Shown piece after piece: positions 11,931-23,799 of a DNA stretch of 64,000 nt. Numbering within the stretch: position 1 is the first letter of the stretch; each line of letters opens with the position of its first letter. This stretch comes from Eledone cirrhosa (taxonomy: Eukaryota). Made by a program: the position numbers and the translations under genes. The stretch spans positions 263,686,001 through 263,750,000 of the forward strand of contig OZ024742.1 of the NCBI GenBank assembly GCA_964016885.1. Direction: 5' to 3'. Below the pieces are notes generated by a model. The model searched no databases and had not been told where the DNA came from. It worked only from the letters and a program-made list of their open reading frames with translations.

Positions 11931-12794
11931 GGCTATGTTTGATGGCGGTAAGGGTGCGGGTGGATTTGGTTTGGGGGATGTGTAGGTGAAGGTTGGTAGT
12001 GTAGTGAAGTGGAGAGTGAGGAGCGGTGGTGATATTAATGTTATCTACGAAAGATTGCACACATCTTTACAAACTGGAGGTATTAGTGTGATGATGGTGG
12101 TAATAGTGCAATGTGATGGCGGTGGTATCATTGATGGTGATGAAGGGTATGATATAACTAGGATAACAGTAATGGTGGTAAGGGGAATCGCAGTGTTAAA
12201 GGGAGTAGAATGCGGGACTAAACAGGTAAGGCAACAATGAACTGGAAGCTGTTCAGTGCAGTCATCTTTAAGATTGTCTTGTTTTTATGTTAGGCTGGAG
12301 CTAGTACAAGTGTTGTATAGCTGGTAGTGATTGATAGTGTTAGTGGTGCTTTTAGCGTCGTGTTAGAGGCGAATTCTCTTTCCAGAGGTCCCGCTCGATC
12401 AAGGGAGGGAGGATCGACAGGGTGTATGAGACATCTTGCGACTGTATGGGCGCCTAAAACCCTTGGAGGGAACCTGGTACATAAAACCAAGTCATACTGA
12501 ATTGCGAGTGGACGTGTAGAGTTAGTAGTTATTAGAGGTGAGGCAATGAATTGGCAGAGACGTTAAAGCATCTGATAAAATGCTCCGTGGTATTTGGTTC
12601 GGCTCTGCGTCGTGAGTTCAAGTATTACCCAGGTCAAGTCTGCTTTTCATTCTTCCATGGTCGCCACTGGTATTGTGCTGTATCGAATCTTGTTTTTCAC
12701 TTGGACAATATTGGCAGCGTATAGACGCAGTTTGACCGAATAGTTAAGAAGTTCGCTTCGCAAGCACTTCTTTTGGTGTGTCACTAATTTGGGT

Positions 12795-13017
12795 TTATGT
12801 TTGGACTGCTCCAAATCACCCTATATGGTTTACGCCCATTTTGGATGATCATATTCCTATATCCTATTCTGTTCTGCACTGTTCTATATAGTAATATGTT
12901 CTTATTGTTATTACTAATCCACCCCTTTGTAATCAATGTAAATCTCACATTGTTCGTTTTTGTTCAGTCCCCAATGTCTTGAGCCCCTATGGCTAATAAA
13001 AGATATTATTATTGTTA
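12795..13017 (+). mobile_element. Solo 3' UTR of a Tx1/L1-like LINE
   Basis: CTGTTCTGCACTGTTC ... CCCCTATGGCTAATAAA plus (ATT)n resembles the 3' end at 62745-62832. Confidence 0.55.
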
Positions 13018-13020
13018 TAT

Positions 13021-13212
13021 GGGCGGGGGATTGGCAGTATCGGTAGAGGGTCGGACGCCATGCTTTGCAGCACAGTTACGTCCCTTTAAGGACTGAGTTC
13101 AAATCCCGCTGAGGTTAACTTTGCCTTTCATCCTTACGGGGTCGATAAAATAAAGTACCAGTAATACACTGGGATAATTGCTGGCCTTGTGCCAAAAGTA
13201 GAAACAATTATT
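13021..13212 (+). mobile_element. tRNA-derived SINE, full length
   Basis: A box, B box GAGTTCAAATCCC, central domain and tail. Confidence 0.88.
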
Positions 13213-13947
13213 GTTATATATATAAAGGTTCTGTTCCACAAATGAAAAAGTATTCAACGTTAACAGCAATATTCTTTGGATAAATGTATTGTTGTTTTTA
13301 CATGACTTCGATGTTTCAGCAAAGCGCGCATTTACTAATCTTCAGTAGAGATTTTATATTTAAGAGGAAATAACTAATTTTTTTGTGAGGAAATCTATAG
13401 TTAATGGAATCTATAACTGATAAACACGTGCACACCACCCAAATATCTAATACATGCCGACTATATATGCTCACTCCACTTTTCCCTTCACTGCTCTGTA
13501 TACATACATACACAGCCTTATACTAACATACTTTTCCTCATAGCTTCGTACTTACATGCACACACACTCTTTTACTCACACATACACACACATTTCTTCA
13601 TAGCTTCGTACGGACGTATAATAGCACACACACACACACGCGCACGCACACACACATACACACACATACACACACACACACACACAACACACACACAACA
13701 CACACACACACACACACATGCTTACGCACGTGCACAAGCATAGCTTTTTTTACAAAACGGTTATTTTTCCATTTCAGGTAGACGCGCTCCATCATCCACT
13801 TTTCTAAAAAATAAATCATACATAAAACGCCAGCACCAACAGTTTTGCAAGAGATGTCAACATGAATGGACCTGTTATTTTTATCTAAAGACATTTTTTC
13901 CAATTCCAACCCGCCCGTCCTCTCAATCTATCTGATTTCTCATCCTT

Positions 13948-13982
13948 TCTTCTATGAAGGACTAGCGTCCGAAACGTTAAGA
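13948..13982 (+). ncRNA. Hammerhead-like motif with atypical core (CTATGAA)
   Basis: Stem I TCTT/AAGA, stem II GGAC-TAGC-GTCC, GAAA, palindromic AACGTT, GUU site; the core lacks G5. Confidence 0.55.
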
Positions 13983-14052
13983 CCCTCTTCCTGCTATATC
14001 AAGCGTTAACCTTCCTTATACTGTACCGATTGTGTTGTTATTTCTGTTTACC

Positions 14053-14171
<119 letters not shown>

Positions 14172-14419
14172 CACGCGCTCACGCACGCACACACACACAC
14201 ACGCACACACACATACACACACACACACACATATATATATGGGGTGGTGTATATAACAGCAAATATAGCTATATTTATTGTTCTGTATATTCTAGCTTGT
14301 ATTACCAAAACGAACGTGGACTAGTGCATGTTGTGGTGTGCTTTATTCTATTAGCATTACCATTGACTGATTGAAGTGTGGATTACACAACTCTAGTCGT
14401 TTATCTTATTATAAAAATG

Positions 14420-14503
<84 letters not shown>

Positions 14504-14575
14504 TGATAATTGGGTAGTAGAGTATGGCTATATACAAGTCAACAGGTTAGAATTTACTTCATTTATTATACAATC

Positions 14576-14634
14576 GCTGTTATATATATTTCGATGTTAA
14601 CTGTTATGCAACAGTTATGACCTCATCAGAGAGC
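14576..14634 (-). ncRNA. Minimal hammerhead ribozyme
   Basis: Minus strand: GCTCT CTGATGA, stem II TAACTGTT-GCAT-AACAGTTA, GAAA TATATA TA, ACAGC; AATAAA downstream. Confidence 0.75.
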
Positions 14635-14786
14635 TAATAGTTAAACAGAAAAAATATGACGAAGAAATAAAAATTACTCCTCGGGCAGATACTTGGTGTT
14701 GCTTTCTCAAAGCACCGATGATATATCACTCAGATAAACAGCCTCACAGATGCGAGAAAAACCACAAACCCTCCATCTCAATTCTA

Positions 14787-14822
14787 CTTTTGAAAAGCAC
14801 AAGAACTGCGAAACCGGTAAAG
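14787..14822 (+). ncRNA. Minimal hammerhead ribozyme, U3:A8 variant
   Basis: CTT TTGAAAA GCA-CAAGAAC-TGC GAAA CCGG TA AAG, followed by AATAAA. Confidence 0.7.
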
Positions 14823-14880
14823 GAACCAAATAAATATTTTTAAAAAAGACTCCAGTTGCATTTTCGATTTCATCTTTTTT

Positions 14881-14979
<99 letters not shown>

Positions 14980-14988
14980 ATATATATA

Positions 14989-15120
14989 TTTCGTTTCTGA
15001 ATTTGTAAGATTCTTTATCTGAAAACGTGTGTTGAAACCGATATTGTTATGCTTTGGGAGGGTCATGTTGCCCATAAGAAACACACGCACCAGTTGCTTT
15101 TACTTCAATTTATTATAAAC
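14989..15120 (-). mobile_element. PLE terminal fragment shared with 25626-25760
   Basis: Near-identical sequence abutting (TA)n at the same point; minus frame reads MTLPKHNNIGFNTRFQIKNL. Confidence 0.7.
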
Positions 15121-15618
15121 TTCAAATATAGATACCTTTTAAAATGATTAATCTCCTTTGTATATATTTCTTTAAGTAAGAAATATATTTCACCAATTAA
15201 TCAGTAAATCACAGTAGTCAAATCCTGGATGGTCACCAAAGGAGAAGAAAAAACATTCTTTACAAATTATTCCCTGTGATTGTTCCATGTATTTATTTTA
15301 TATATATATATATATATGTGTCAATCTATTTCTAGTTGATATGTAATGCTCGGATCTATTTATTGGAATCTTTGAGCTTATTCTGCAATGGATATGGCAC
15401 ATGTCTCTCAGACATGAAAACCCTTAATTTAATTTTGGATATATACACGGCCCCTTGATTGTTGAGCTAATTCAGTTGAATGGACTCGGCTGCTATTTCT
15501 AGCTGTCGATAATCCTATTCACGCCACTGGGATGACGCTGTGCGATGTGTATATTTAAAAAAAAATGCAACACTTGGTTCGAGTCATTCACAGATTTGCA
15601 TTTGCTTTGTAAATGCAG

Positions 15619-15651
<33 letters not shown>

Positions 15652-15652
<1 letters not shown>

Positions 15653-16910
15653 CTCCCGGAGTGTGGCCCCCAACATACCCCGGATATTCTTCGAAGCCCT
15701 AGAGAAGAACTTCCCACCCAACCATACATAGGTATAGAAAAATCCTTAATAGGAACAATATAAAAATATCCTTCTCTACTACTCCTAACCTAGCAGACAT
15801 CATAGGGACAACTAATCACAGTAAAATCACCAAGACACAGCACCTTAGCACAGACGCACCTACACCTAACAATAACTATATCGGCCTTAACGACTCCCTA
15901 ACAGCATGCAATAGTGCTGGCAACAGCCTCTACCAGCATAACCGCGACATGACTGGGGAACATGCAGGACATGACGTGCGGAATAATAATGGTACCACCC
16001 CGCACACAGTGGGTTATAATGGTGCTAACGACAGGTGCGGCAGCGTAGGTAACAACGTAGATAGTAATAATGATAGCCTTACCGTGGGAATTAGAAGGAC
16101 CGCGACAGATATTGCAACTGCCGCGACAGGAGACGCTGCCCCCCTTAGGGGATACTGCTTGACTGATAGGGTTATATATAGGTGCACTGTAACTAGCCAC
16201 AATAGCGTTAAACATTATATAGGGGCTACCTCTGGCCCGTTCAAAATTAGATTTCGAACACATCTCCACTCTTTCACAAATAAGAAATTAAGACACTGCA
16301 CTTCGCTCGCGGACTACATCACATCATTAAAAGACTTAAACATCAGCTTCTCCACGCACTGGGATATTGTCGGCAGGGCTGCACCGTACAACTTCAAGAG
16401 GAAGTGCGATCTTTGCCTCATGGAGCTCTACCACATCATAACGGCACCCCACGAGCTCATCAACAGCAGAGCTGAAACGACGACAAGCTGTACACATCGC
16501 TTAAAAATATCCTTCTTCAACAAGCTTTAACACCCCGGTGGGCATGCGCTGCAAAAAACATCCAGAAACTAACCACGCATCCCTGACCCAGCTTCAAATG
16601 ACCCAGGCGGGCAGGTGCAGAAAAACAAACGTCTCAAAATATCTTGTAACGGATAAAAAATTTGTCCGGCAAAGAGTGCCCTAACACCGGCCAGAGTTAC
16701 CTCCCTTGACCTACTGCAAAATCAAAACACGCTTTTTTCCGAAGAATGAACTCTGACGTGAACTTACCTCCAAAAACACTTTCCGGGCCATGTAAGGAAC
16801 ACTTTTAGTTATTTATGCCCTTGAGAAGCCCATCCGGGCGAAACGTACGTAGGTTGTGTTTTAAATAAACATGTATTAACGGTCTGGTTTCCTATTTCTT
16901 ACTTTTCCAC
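15652..16910 (+). mobile_element. 5'-truncated, frameshifted Naiad-type PLE (thumb, GIY-YIG, pLTR)
   Basis: IFFEALEKNFPPNH..ILNRNNIKISFSTTPNL, CNCRD..CPL.GYCL, VIY..YIGATSGPFKIRF, CDLC; flanked by (TA)n. Confidence 0.9.
16814..16858 (+). ncRNA. Minimal hammerhead ribozyme, U3:A8 variant
   Basis: TTGAGAA GCCC-ATCC-GGGC GAAA CGTACG TA; weak stem I; AATAAA at 16864. Confidence 0.75.
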
Positions 16911-16925
16911 GTATATATATATATA

Positions 16926-17045
16926 TTGATGAGTTATAAGGGCCCGCTTGTGTGTATATCTATGGATTATATACAAGTTTCTACATAACCTGGACACTAT
17001 TTATCCCAACTTGTAGAAGTCTTATAACGAAATGATCGTATGGAA
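16926..17045 (+). ncRNA. Hammerhead remnant with branched stem II
   Basis: TTGATGA, stem II GTTATAAG/CTTATAAC enclosing two hairpins, GAAA TGATCG TA; the 5' strand of stem I is replaced by (TA)n. Confidence 0.65.
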
Positions 17046-17210
17046 GGAAAGAGAGATTTATTTAATTATGTCTCATATAAAATAATACAACCATGTATAG
17101 TTAGCACCCCAAACACTAAATTGGGATTATACTAAGGTTTATCGTAATGTTTGTTGAGTGAGAAGGAGTTGGTCAGAGTATCGCTTAAAACTTTCTCTGT
17201 TAATGTATTA

Positions 17211-17315
<105 letters not shown>

Positions 17316-17321
17316 TTATTT

Positions 17322-17416
<95 letters not shown>

Positions 17417-17544
17417 AAGTTATATTTAAAATTGTTGGGTTACAACTAGTAAATATTTATAACTGATATAAAAGCACTCGACAAATACTTGGAGTATATT
17501 TACAATATTAAATAAATGGAAAACTATATTTATAAAACCATATT

Positions 17545-17610
17545 TATTTCATTATATATATTTCGGGGATATCATATTAACAATATGCTATGCCTTCATC
17601 AGACAAAATA
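17545..17610 (-). ncRNA. Hammerhead ribozyme in 3' pLTR
   Basis: Minus strand: TATTTTGT CTGATGA, imperfect stem II, GAAA TATATA TA, ATGAAATA (8-bp stem I with 2 GU pairs), overlapping AATAAA. Confidence 0.75.
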
Positions 17611-17984
17611 CAATATAAACAGTTTTATAGATAAATATATTCGACATACCGTAATAAACATCAACTTCATTTGAAGAGGTTCACTCTAGCAGTGAAAATA
17701 CAGAGAGAAAGAAAGAGAGAGAGAAAAGAGGGAAATAAGAAAGAAAGAAAGACAAAACGAAGAAAAGGAAGAAAAAGAAGAAAAAGAAGAAAAAGAAGAA
17801 ATGCATGGGACAAAATAGAGAGATGGAAAAATAGATAAAGCGAAGAGCTTCATGTAAAGAGACCGAAAGAGATATATATATATATATATATAGAGAGGAA
17901 ATAGAGATAGATACATATATAAATATAGATATAGAAAAATTAGGTAGTGGGAGGTCATTTTGAGTAAGTGTATCAATGATGCAT

Positions 17985-18019
<35 letters not shown>

Positions 18020-19260
18020 GCTCAAGTATTAATGTAAGGGAGATATATAGAGAGATATAGAGAGATATATAGAGAGAAAAATTTAAAAATAGCCAGACAT
18101 ATTCGAGGCGTAGAAAACCCTATGTTTTAATGTATTAGTATTTATAAAACTTACACTATATTGTAAATATCAGTATTCCTGAATGAAACAAGTATTCACA
18201 ATGCGTGAAAATTCATTATCTTATGTTTAGTTTTTTAAAAAAAATTCATATGTCTATGTGAATCCAACTGATTCACTCCGCAAATTCAAAGTTCCCGGAA
18301 AACATTCTCAATGTGGTATAAAAATTTGAGCGTATTATTATTCTTGCGATTACTCTACAAGATTATCTATCAAGCAGAAATAGAGAGCAGATTTCAATAT
18401 ACTAATCGAAAATATATATTATATTATAAGCAGAGATAACAATAATAATGATAATAAGTAAAAATATATAAAAATATAAAAATATAGAATAGAAAACTAA
18501 AAAAGAATATTACGAAAGAATATTACATAATAAAAATATTGCATATTAAAAAATATTGCATATTAAAAATACTACGTATTAAAAATATTACGTATAAAAT
18601 ATTACGTATAAAATTACATATAAAAATATTAAAAATATTAAAAATAAAAATATTAAAAATAAAAATTTAAAAATTTAAAAATTTAAAATAAAAATTTAAA
18701 AATTTACATATAAAAAAAATTTACATATAAAAATATTAAAAATAAAAATAAAATAAAATAAAAAATAAAAATATAAAAATATTATAAAATAAAAATAAAA
18801 ATAAAAATAAAAATAAAAATAAAAATAAAAATAAAAATGAAAATAAAAATAAACCACAAAGAACAACCCTTCAAGGTTAATTGACAATATATTGCCAAGT
18901 TCACTACAAGACAAAGCCAAAAATTATCTATCAAATCACATCTAGCAAGGAATATCGCAAAAAAGATTATGATGTCCAATAATGTCTACATATGTTCCTA
19001 TATTTAATATATAAGTTTATCAAGTGTAAGGTTAATTCAGAAAATTTGGAGCATCGGCTTTTAGGGTAGCTTAATTTTTCATGAGGAATGTTTAGATAAA
19101 AATAAAAATAAAAATAAAAATAAAAATAAAAATAAAAATAAAAATAAAAATAAATAAAATAAAATAAACAATAAAAAGAGTAAAAAGAGGGAATCAAAGA
19201 TTTAGGAATCAAAAGATTTATCGGCTAGTTCTCATATAAATATAAATCAAACTAAATATA

Positions 19261-21474
19261 CTACATTTTAAATTTAAATTTATATTTAAACGTTGAGTTT
19301 AGTCTATGTTTGCAACAACTGAATAAATTTGTCCGTAGGTTAAGGGAATTTTTAGATTTTAGTATAAAGAATATCTCCTCTGCGCAGAGGTCACATGTCT
19401 CAGAGGATGAATTAAAAGGAATCCCTCTTGAGATTATATTCCAAGCCGTCGAATATCTAACGTTATCTAGCTTAAGTTGCCAGAGTACACCTGATAGTGC
19501 CGTTGAAGATTTTTTATTTGGATCTGTGAAAGAAATCTTGTGGTTATTATAGCGAAGTTTAAATTCCGTCGATGTGGAACCGACGTAGTTAAAAGAATTA
19601 GAGTCAGTATTAACATTACAATTGTATACTATATTTTTAACTAAGCAGTTGTTATTTAACGGACATTTAGATCTATCTCTACAGTTACATTTGTTAACTT
19701 GTATATTATTTATGCTATTATCAGTAGGTTTTAAGTTCCTATTATTTATTCTATTAATATTTTGTGCTAAATTTTTGGTGGATGAGTAGGTTAATTTAAT
19801 TGTATGCCTATTGAAGATTGAGTGGTACCTATGTGTTCTAGGGAAGCGATTATCAAGAGCTTTGAAAAATAATTTAGCGATGTGGGTTTTAATGTTTAGT
19901 GAGAAAGGGGGGGCAAACCAAATTATGTTCCTAGTTCTATTTCTTTTTTGTCCTTTGGAATTATTGTAATGCTTTCTATTATAGTTGTTAATGTTGTTGC
20001 CATAATTAAAAAAGTTGTTATTTTGTTTAGTTTGTTTATCATTATCTATGTACACAATCTTATCAGCATACCCTGCCCTAGCTAGTGCATCATTATAGTA
20101 TTGGGCCTTTTCGTCAAAAATCTTTCTATTCGACGAGATCCTAGAGATACGTTTTTGGACTGAGTTTACTATAGTGTTTTTGACAGATCTGGGGTGGTTA
20201 GAGTTAAAGTTGACATAGTTTAAGTTTTCATTCAACTTGTGAAAAGGATAGTGGAGACATGTGTTGAGATTTAATGTTATATCTAGGAAATTGACTATTC
20301 TATGGTTGTTCTCAATTTCTATTTTAAGGTTAAAGTAATTAAAAAATTTTGTAATTTGTTTACATTTTCTATTTAGTTCAGGGTTATTATTATTAATAAG
20401 TAAAAGCATGTCATCCCTATATAAACCTCCGGTAGTACCAGGTATTTTCCTATGTAGCGAATTGATTAAAAATAAGCCCACAAGGTCAGTTACTTGAGCT
20501 GAGTCGGAGGATCCCATAGTTATGTCAAAATTGCTATCTCTATCTGCTCTGGTCCATAATTTGTCATCAAATTCTATCAAAGTTTTCCTAGCCGATAATA
20601 TAATATGCATTTCTTTGCTAGTTAGGTCCGTATGTTTGAATGCGTAATTTAGTGCCTTATTTAGTAGACTAGGGGTAATAGAAGAATAATAGTTAGCTAT
20701 ATCAAGTTGAATAAACCTATTATTATTGTCATATTTAATTTGCCTAAACCACTCAACAACCTCTCCAGTTCCCTTCCACAAGCTCAGGTTAGATACATAA
20801 TCCAAGTTCTTAATTTGCAGTATCACCCTGTCAAGAATGTTTTTGCTTAATTTGCCCAGGTCCGATTTTGAAAGTGCGATCAATCTAACTGGCAGGTCAA
20901 TCTCAAAATTCCTCTTGTGGTCCTTCATATTGATCTTCGGTTTCCTGGGCACGAAAGGTTGTGTTCTGTTCTCAATTTCCAACTCATGCATTATACAAGA
21001 TGCTTCAACATTCATTTTCACAAGTTCGGTCTTATCTGCTACCTTGTATTTTTTCCTCAGCTCTTTCAGTATGAGGCCATTATACATGTCTTTCTGCACT
21101 CCATAGAGGTTGTTAGTCTTGTCAGATTTCACCAAGATCTTCTCAGTTTTCTCTAAGCTCTCAATGTTATCCTTAATGCCTTTCAGATATTCCTGGCCTT
21201 TAAAGTTTCTCTTGAATTTGACCCCTTGTATGATAGAAATTATATCGTTTTCAAAGTCAGATAAAAGTTTGTTAGGGGGTGGATTTCTTTTAGATTTGAA
21301 AACTTTGTTTAAGTCCGAGATATTTTCGTCTGCATTAAATTTATCAAAGTGGAATGCACGCCACCTGATTCTCCTTATAAAAGAGTCAGATTTATCTATT
21401 AGTTGTTTTACAAAGTCTTTGTTTCTAGGTAGAGGTATGTCTTTTAGAGAGGAAGTAATCTTAAAGAATTCCAT
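19261..21474 (-). CDS. PLE polyprotein: reverse transcriptase plus C-terminal GIY-YIG endonuclease (Naiad-like)
   Basis: 737 aa with no stop; KSDKT, QLDIANYYSSI, MGSSDSAQ, GGLYRDD, IIWFAPPFS, CNC..CPL...CL, IVY..YVGST..FK.RY.NH, CDLC. Confidence 0.95.
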   Translation of the reverse strand: MEFFKITSSLKDIPLPRNKDFVKQLIDKSDSFIRRIRWRAFHFDKFNADENISDLNKVFKSKRNPPPNKLLSDFENDIISIIQGVKFKRNFKGQEYLKGIKDNIESLEKTEKILVKSDKTNNLYGVQKDMYNGLILKELRKKYKVADKTELVKMNVEASCIMHELEIENRTQPFVPRKPKINMKDHKRNFEIDLPVRLIALSKSDLGKLSKNILDRVILQIKNLDYVSNLSLWKGTGEVVEWFRQIKYDNNNRFIQLDIANYYSSITPSLLNKALNYAFKHTDLTSKEMHIILSARKTLIEFDDKLWTRADRDSNFDITMGSSDSAQVTDLVGLFLINSLHRKIPGTTGGLYRDDMLLLINNNNPELNRKCKQITKFFNYFNLKIEIENNHRIVNFLDITLNLNTCLHYPFHKLNENLNYVNFNSNHPRSVKNTIVNSVQKRISRISSNRKIFDEKAQYYNDALARAGYADKIVYIDNDKQTKQNNNFFNYGNNINNYNRKHYNNSKGQKRNRTRNIIWFAPPFSLNIKTHIAKLFFKALDNRFPRTHRYHSIFNRHTIKLTYSSTKNLAQNINRINNRNLKPTDNSINNIQVNKCNCRDRSKCPLNNNCLVKNIVYNCNVNTDSNSFNYVGSTSTEFKLRYNNHKISFTDPNKKSSTALSGVLWQLKLDNVRYSTAWNIISRGIPFNSSSETCDLCAEEIFFILKSKNSLNLRTNLFSCCKHRLNSTFKYKFKFKM

Positions 21475-21653
21475 TTTTCAGTTATAATATAAAGCGCTCA
21501 ACAGTATTGGAGCAAGATACATGTAAAGTTATATTTAAAATTGTTGGGTTACAACTAGTAAATATTTATAACTGATATAAAAGCACTCGACAAATACTTG
21601 GAGTATATTTACAATATTAAATAAATGGAAAACTATATTTATAAAACCATATT

Positions 21654-21719
21654 TATTTCATTATATATATTTCGGGGATATCATATTAACAATATGCTAT
21701 GCCTTCATCAGACAAAATA
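21654..21719 (-). ncRNA. Hammerhead ribozyme in 5' pLTR
   Basis: Same sequence as 17545-17610; lies about 180 nt upstream of the ATG. Confidence 0.75.
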
Positions 21720-22080
21720 CAATATAAACAGTTTTATAGATAAATATATTCGACATACCGTAATAAACATCAACTTCATTTGAAGAGGTTCACTCTAGCA
21801 GTGAAAATACAGAAAGAAAGAGAGAGAGAAAAGAGGGAAATAAGAAAGAAAGAAAGACAAAACGAAGAAAAGGAAGAAAAAGAAGAAAAAGAAGAAATGC
21901 ATGGGACAAAATAGAGAGATGGAAAAATAGATAAAGCGAAGAGCTTCATGTAAAGAGACCGAAAGAGATATATATATATATATAGAGAGAGAGGAAATAG
22001 AGATAGATACATATATAAATATAGATATAGAAAAATTAGGTAGTGGGAGGTCATTTTGAGTAAGTGTATCAATGATGCAT

Positions 22081-22115
<35 letters not shown>

Positions 22116-22278
22116 GCTCAAGTATTAATGTAAGGGAGATATATAGAGAGATATAGAGAGATATATAGAGAGAAAAATTTAAAAATAGCCAGACATATTC
22201 GAGGCGTAGAAAACCCTATGTTTTAATGTATTAGTATTTATAAAACTTACACTATATTGTAAATATCAGTATTCCTGA

Positions 22279-23799
22279 ATGAAACAAGTATTCACAATGC
22301 GTGAAAATTCATTATGGCAAATTAAATATGACAATAATAATAGGTTTATTCAACTTGATATAGCTAACTATTATTCTTCTATTACCCCTAGTCTACTAAA
22401 TAAGGCACTAAATTACGCATTCAAACATACGGACCTAACTAGCAAAGAAATGCATATTATATTATCGGCTAGGAAAACTTTGATAGAATTTGATGACAAA
22501 TTATGGACCAGAGCAGATAGAGATAGCAATTTTGACATAACTATGGGATCCTCCGACTCAGCTCAAGTAACTGACCTTGTGGGCTTATTTTTAATCAATT
22601 CGCTACATAGGAAAATACCTGGTACTACCGGAGGTTTATATAGGGATGACATGCTTTTACTTATTAATAATAATAACCCTGAACTAAATAGAAAATGTAA
22701 ACAAATTACAAAATTTTTTAATTACTTTAACCTTAAAATAGAAATTGAGAACAACCATAGAATAGTCAATTTCCTAGATATAACATTAAATCTCAACACA
22801 TGTCTCCACTATCCTTTTCACAAGTTGAATGAAAACTTAAACTATGTCAACTTTAACTCTAACCACCCCAGATCTGTCAAAAACACTATAGTAAACTCAG
22901 TCCAAAAACGTATCTCTAGGATCTCGTCGAATAGAAAGATTTTTGACGAAAAGGCCCAATACTATAATGATGCACTAGCTAGGGCAGGGTATGCTGATAA
23001 GATTGTGTACATAGATAATGATAAACAAACTAAACAAAGTAACAACTTTTTTAATTATGGCAACAACATTAACAACTATAATAGAAAGCATTACAATAAT
23101 TCCAAAGGACAAAAAAGAAATAGAACTAGGAACATAATTTGGTTTGCCCCCCCTTTCTCACTAAACATTAAAACCCACATCGCTAAATTATTTTTCAAAG
23201 CTCTTGATAATCGCTTCCCTAGAACACATAGGTACCACTCAATCTTCAATAGGCATACAATTAAATTAACCTACTCATCCACCAAAAATTTAGCACAAAA
23301 TATTAATAGAATAAATAATAGGAACTTAAAACCTACTGATAATAGCATAAATAATATACAAGTTAACAAATGTAACTGTAGAGATAGATCTAAATGTCCG
23401 TTAAATAACAACTGCTTAGTTAAAAATATAGTATACAATTGTAATGTTAATACTGACTCTAATTCTTTTAACTACGTCGGTTCCACATCGACGGAATTTA
23501 AACTTCGCTATAATAACCACAAGATTTCTTTCACAGATCCAAATAAAAAATCTTCAACGGCACTATCAGGTGTACTCTGGCAACTTAAGCTAGATAACGT
23601 TAGATATTCGACGGCTTGGAATATAATCTCAAGAGGGATTCCTTTTAATTCATCCTCTGAGACATGTGACCTCTGCGCAGAGGAGATATTCTTTATACTA
23701 AAATCTAAAAATTCCCTTAACCTACGGACAAATTTATTCAGTTGTTGCAAACATAGACTAAACTCAACGTTTAAATATAAATTTAAATTTAAAATGTAG
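22279..23799 (+). CDS. Chimeric 506-aa ORF: antisense-pLTR N-terminus fused to RT core and GIY-YIG
   Basis: MKQVFTMRENSLW derives from the pLTR; the rest equals the 737-aa protein except for one N>S change. Expression unknown. Confidence 0.5.
   Translation: MKQVFTMRENSLWQIKYDNNNRFIQLDIANYYSSITPSLLNKALNYAFKHTDLTSKEMHIILSARKTLIEFDDKLWTRADRDSNFDITMGSSDSAQVTDLVGLFLINSLHRKIPGTTGGLYRDDMLLLINNNNPELNRKCKQITKFFNYFNLKIEIENNHRIVNFLDITLNLNTCLHYPFHKLNENLNYVNFNSNHPRSVKNTIVNSVQKRISRISSNRKIFDEKAQYYNDALARAGYADKIVYIDNDKQTKQSNNFFNYGNNINNYNRKHYNNSKGQKRNRTRNIIWFAPPFSLNIKTHIAKLFFKALDNRFPRTHRYHSIFNRHTIKLTYSSTKNLAQNINRINNRNLKPTDNSINNIQVNKCNCRDRSKCPLNNNCLVKNIVYNCNVNTDSNSFNYVGSTSTEFKLRYNNHKISFTDPNKKSSTALSGVLWQLKLDNVRYSTAWNIISRGIPFNSSSETCDLCAEEIFFILKSKNSLNLRTNLFSCCKHRLNSTFKYKFKFKM

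Larger units (their letters stand above)
17412..22315 (-). mobile_element. Full-length Naiad-type Penelope-like element with pLTR direct repeats
   Basis: Direct repeat 17412-about 18219 matches 21521-22315; intact ORF between them; about 1.85-kb AT-rich 3' UTR ending in (TA)n. Confidence 0.95.

Noticed and set aside
12225-12292. Plus-strand 68-nt GT-AG intron
   Set aside because: Downstream sequence has stops in all three frames within about 35 nt; no other support.
19261-21474. Selenoprotein-type Naiad (in-frame UGA plus SECIS)
   Set aside because: The ORF has no in-frame TGA, the conserved Cys positions are Cys here and in the two fragments, and no convincing SECIS was seen.
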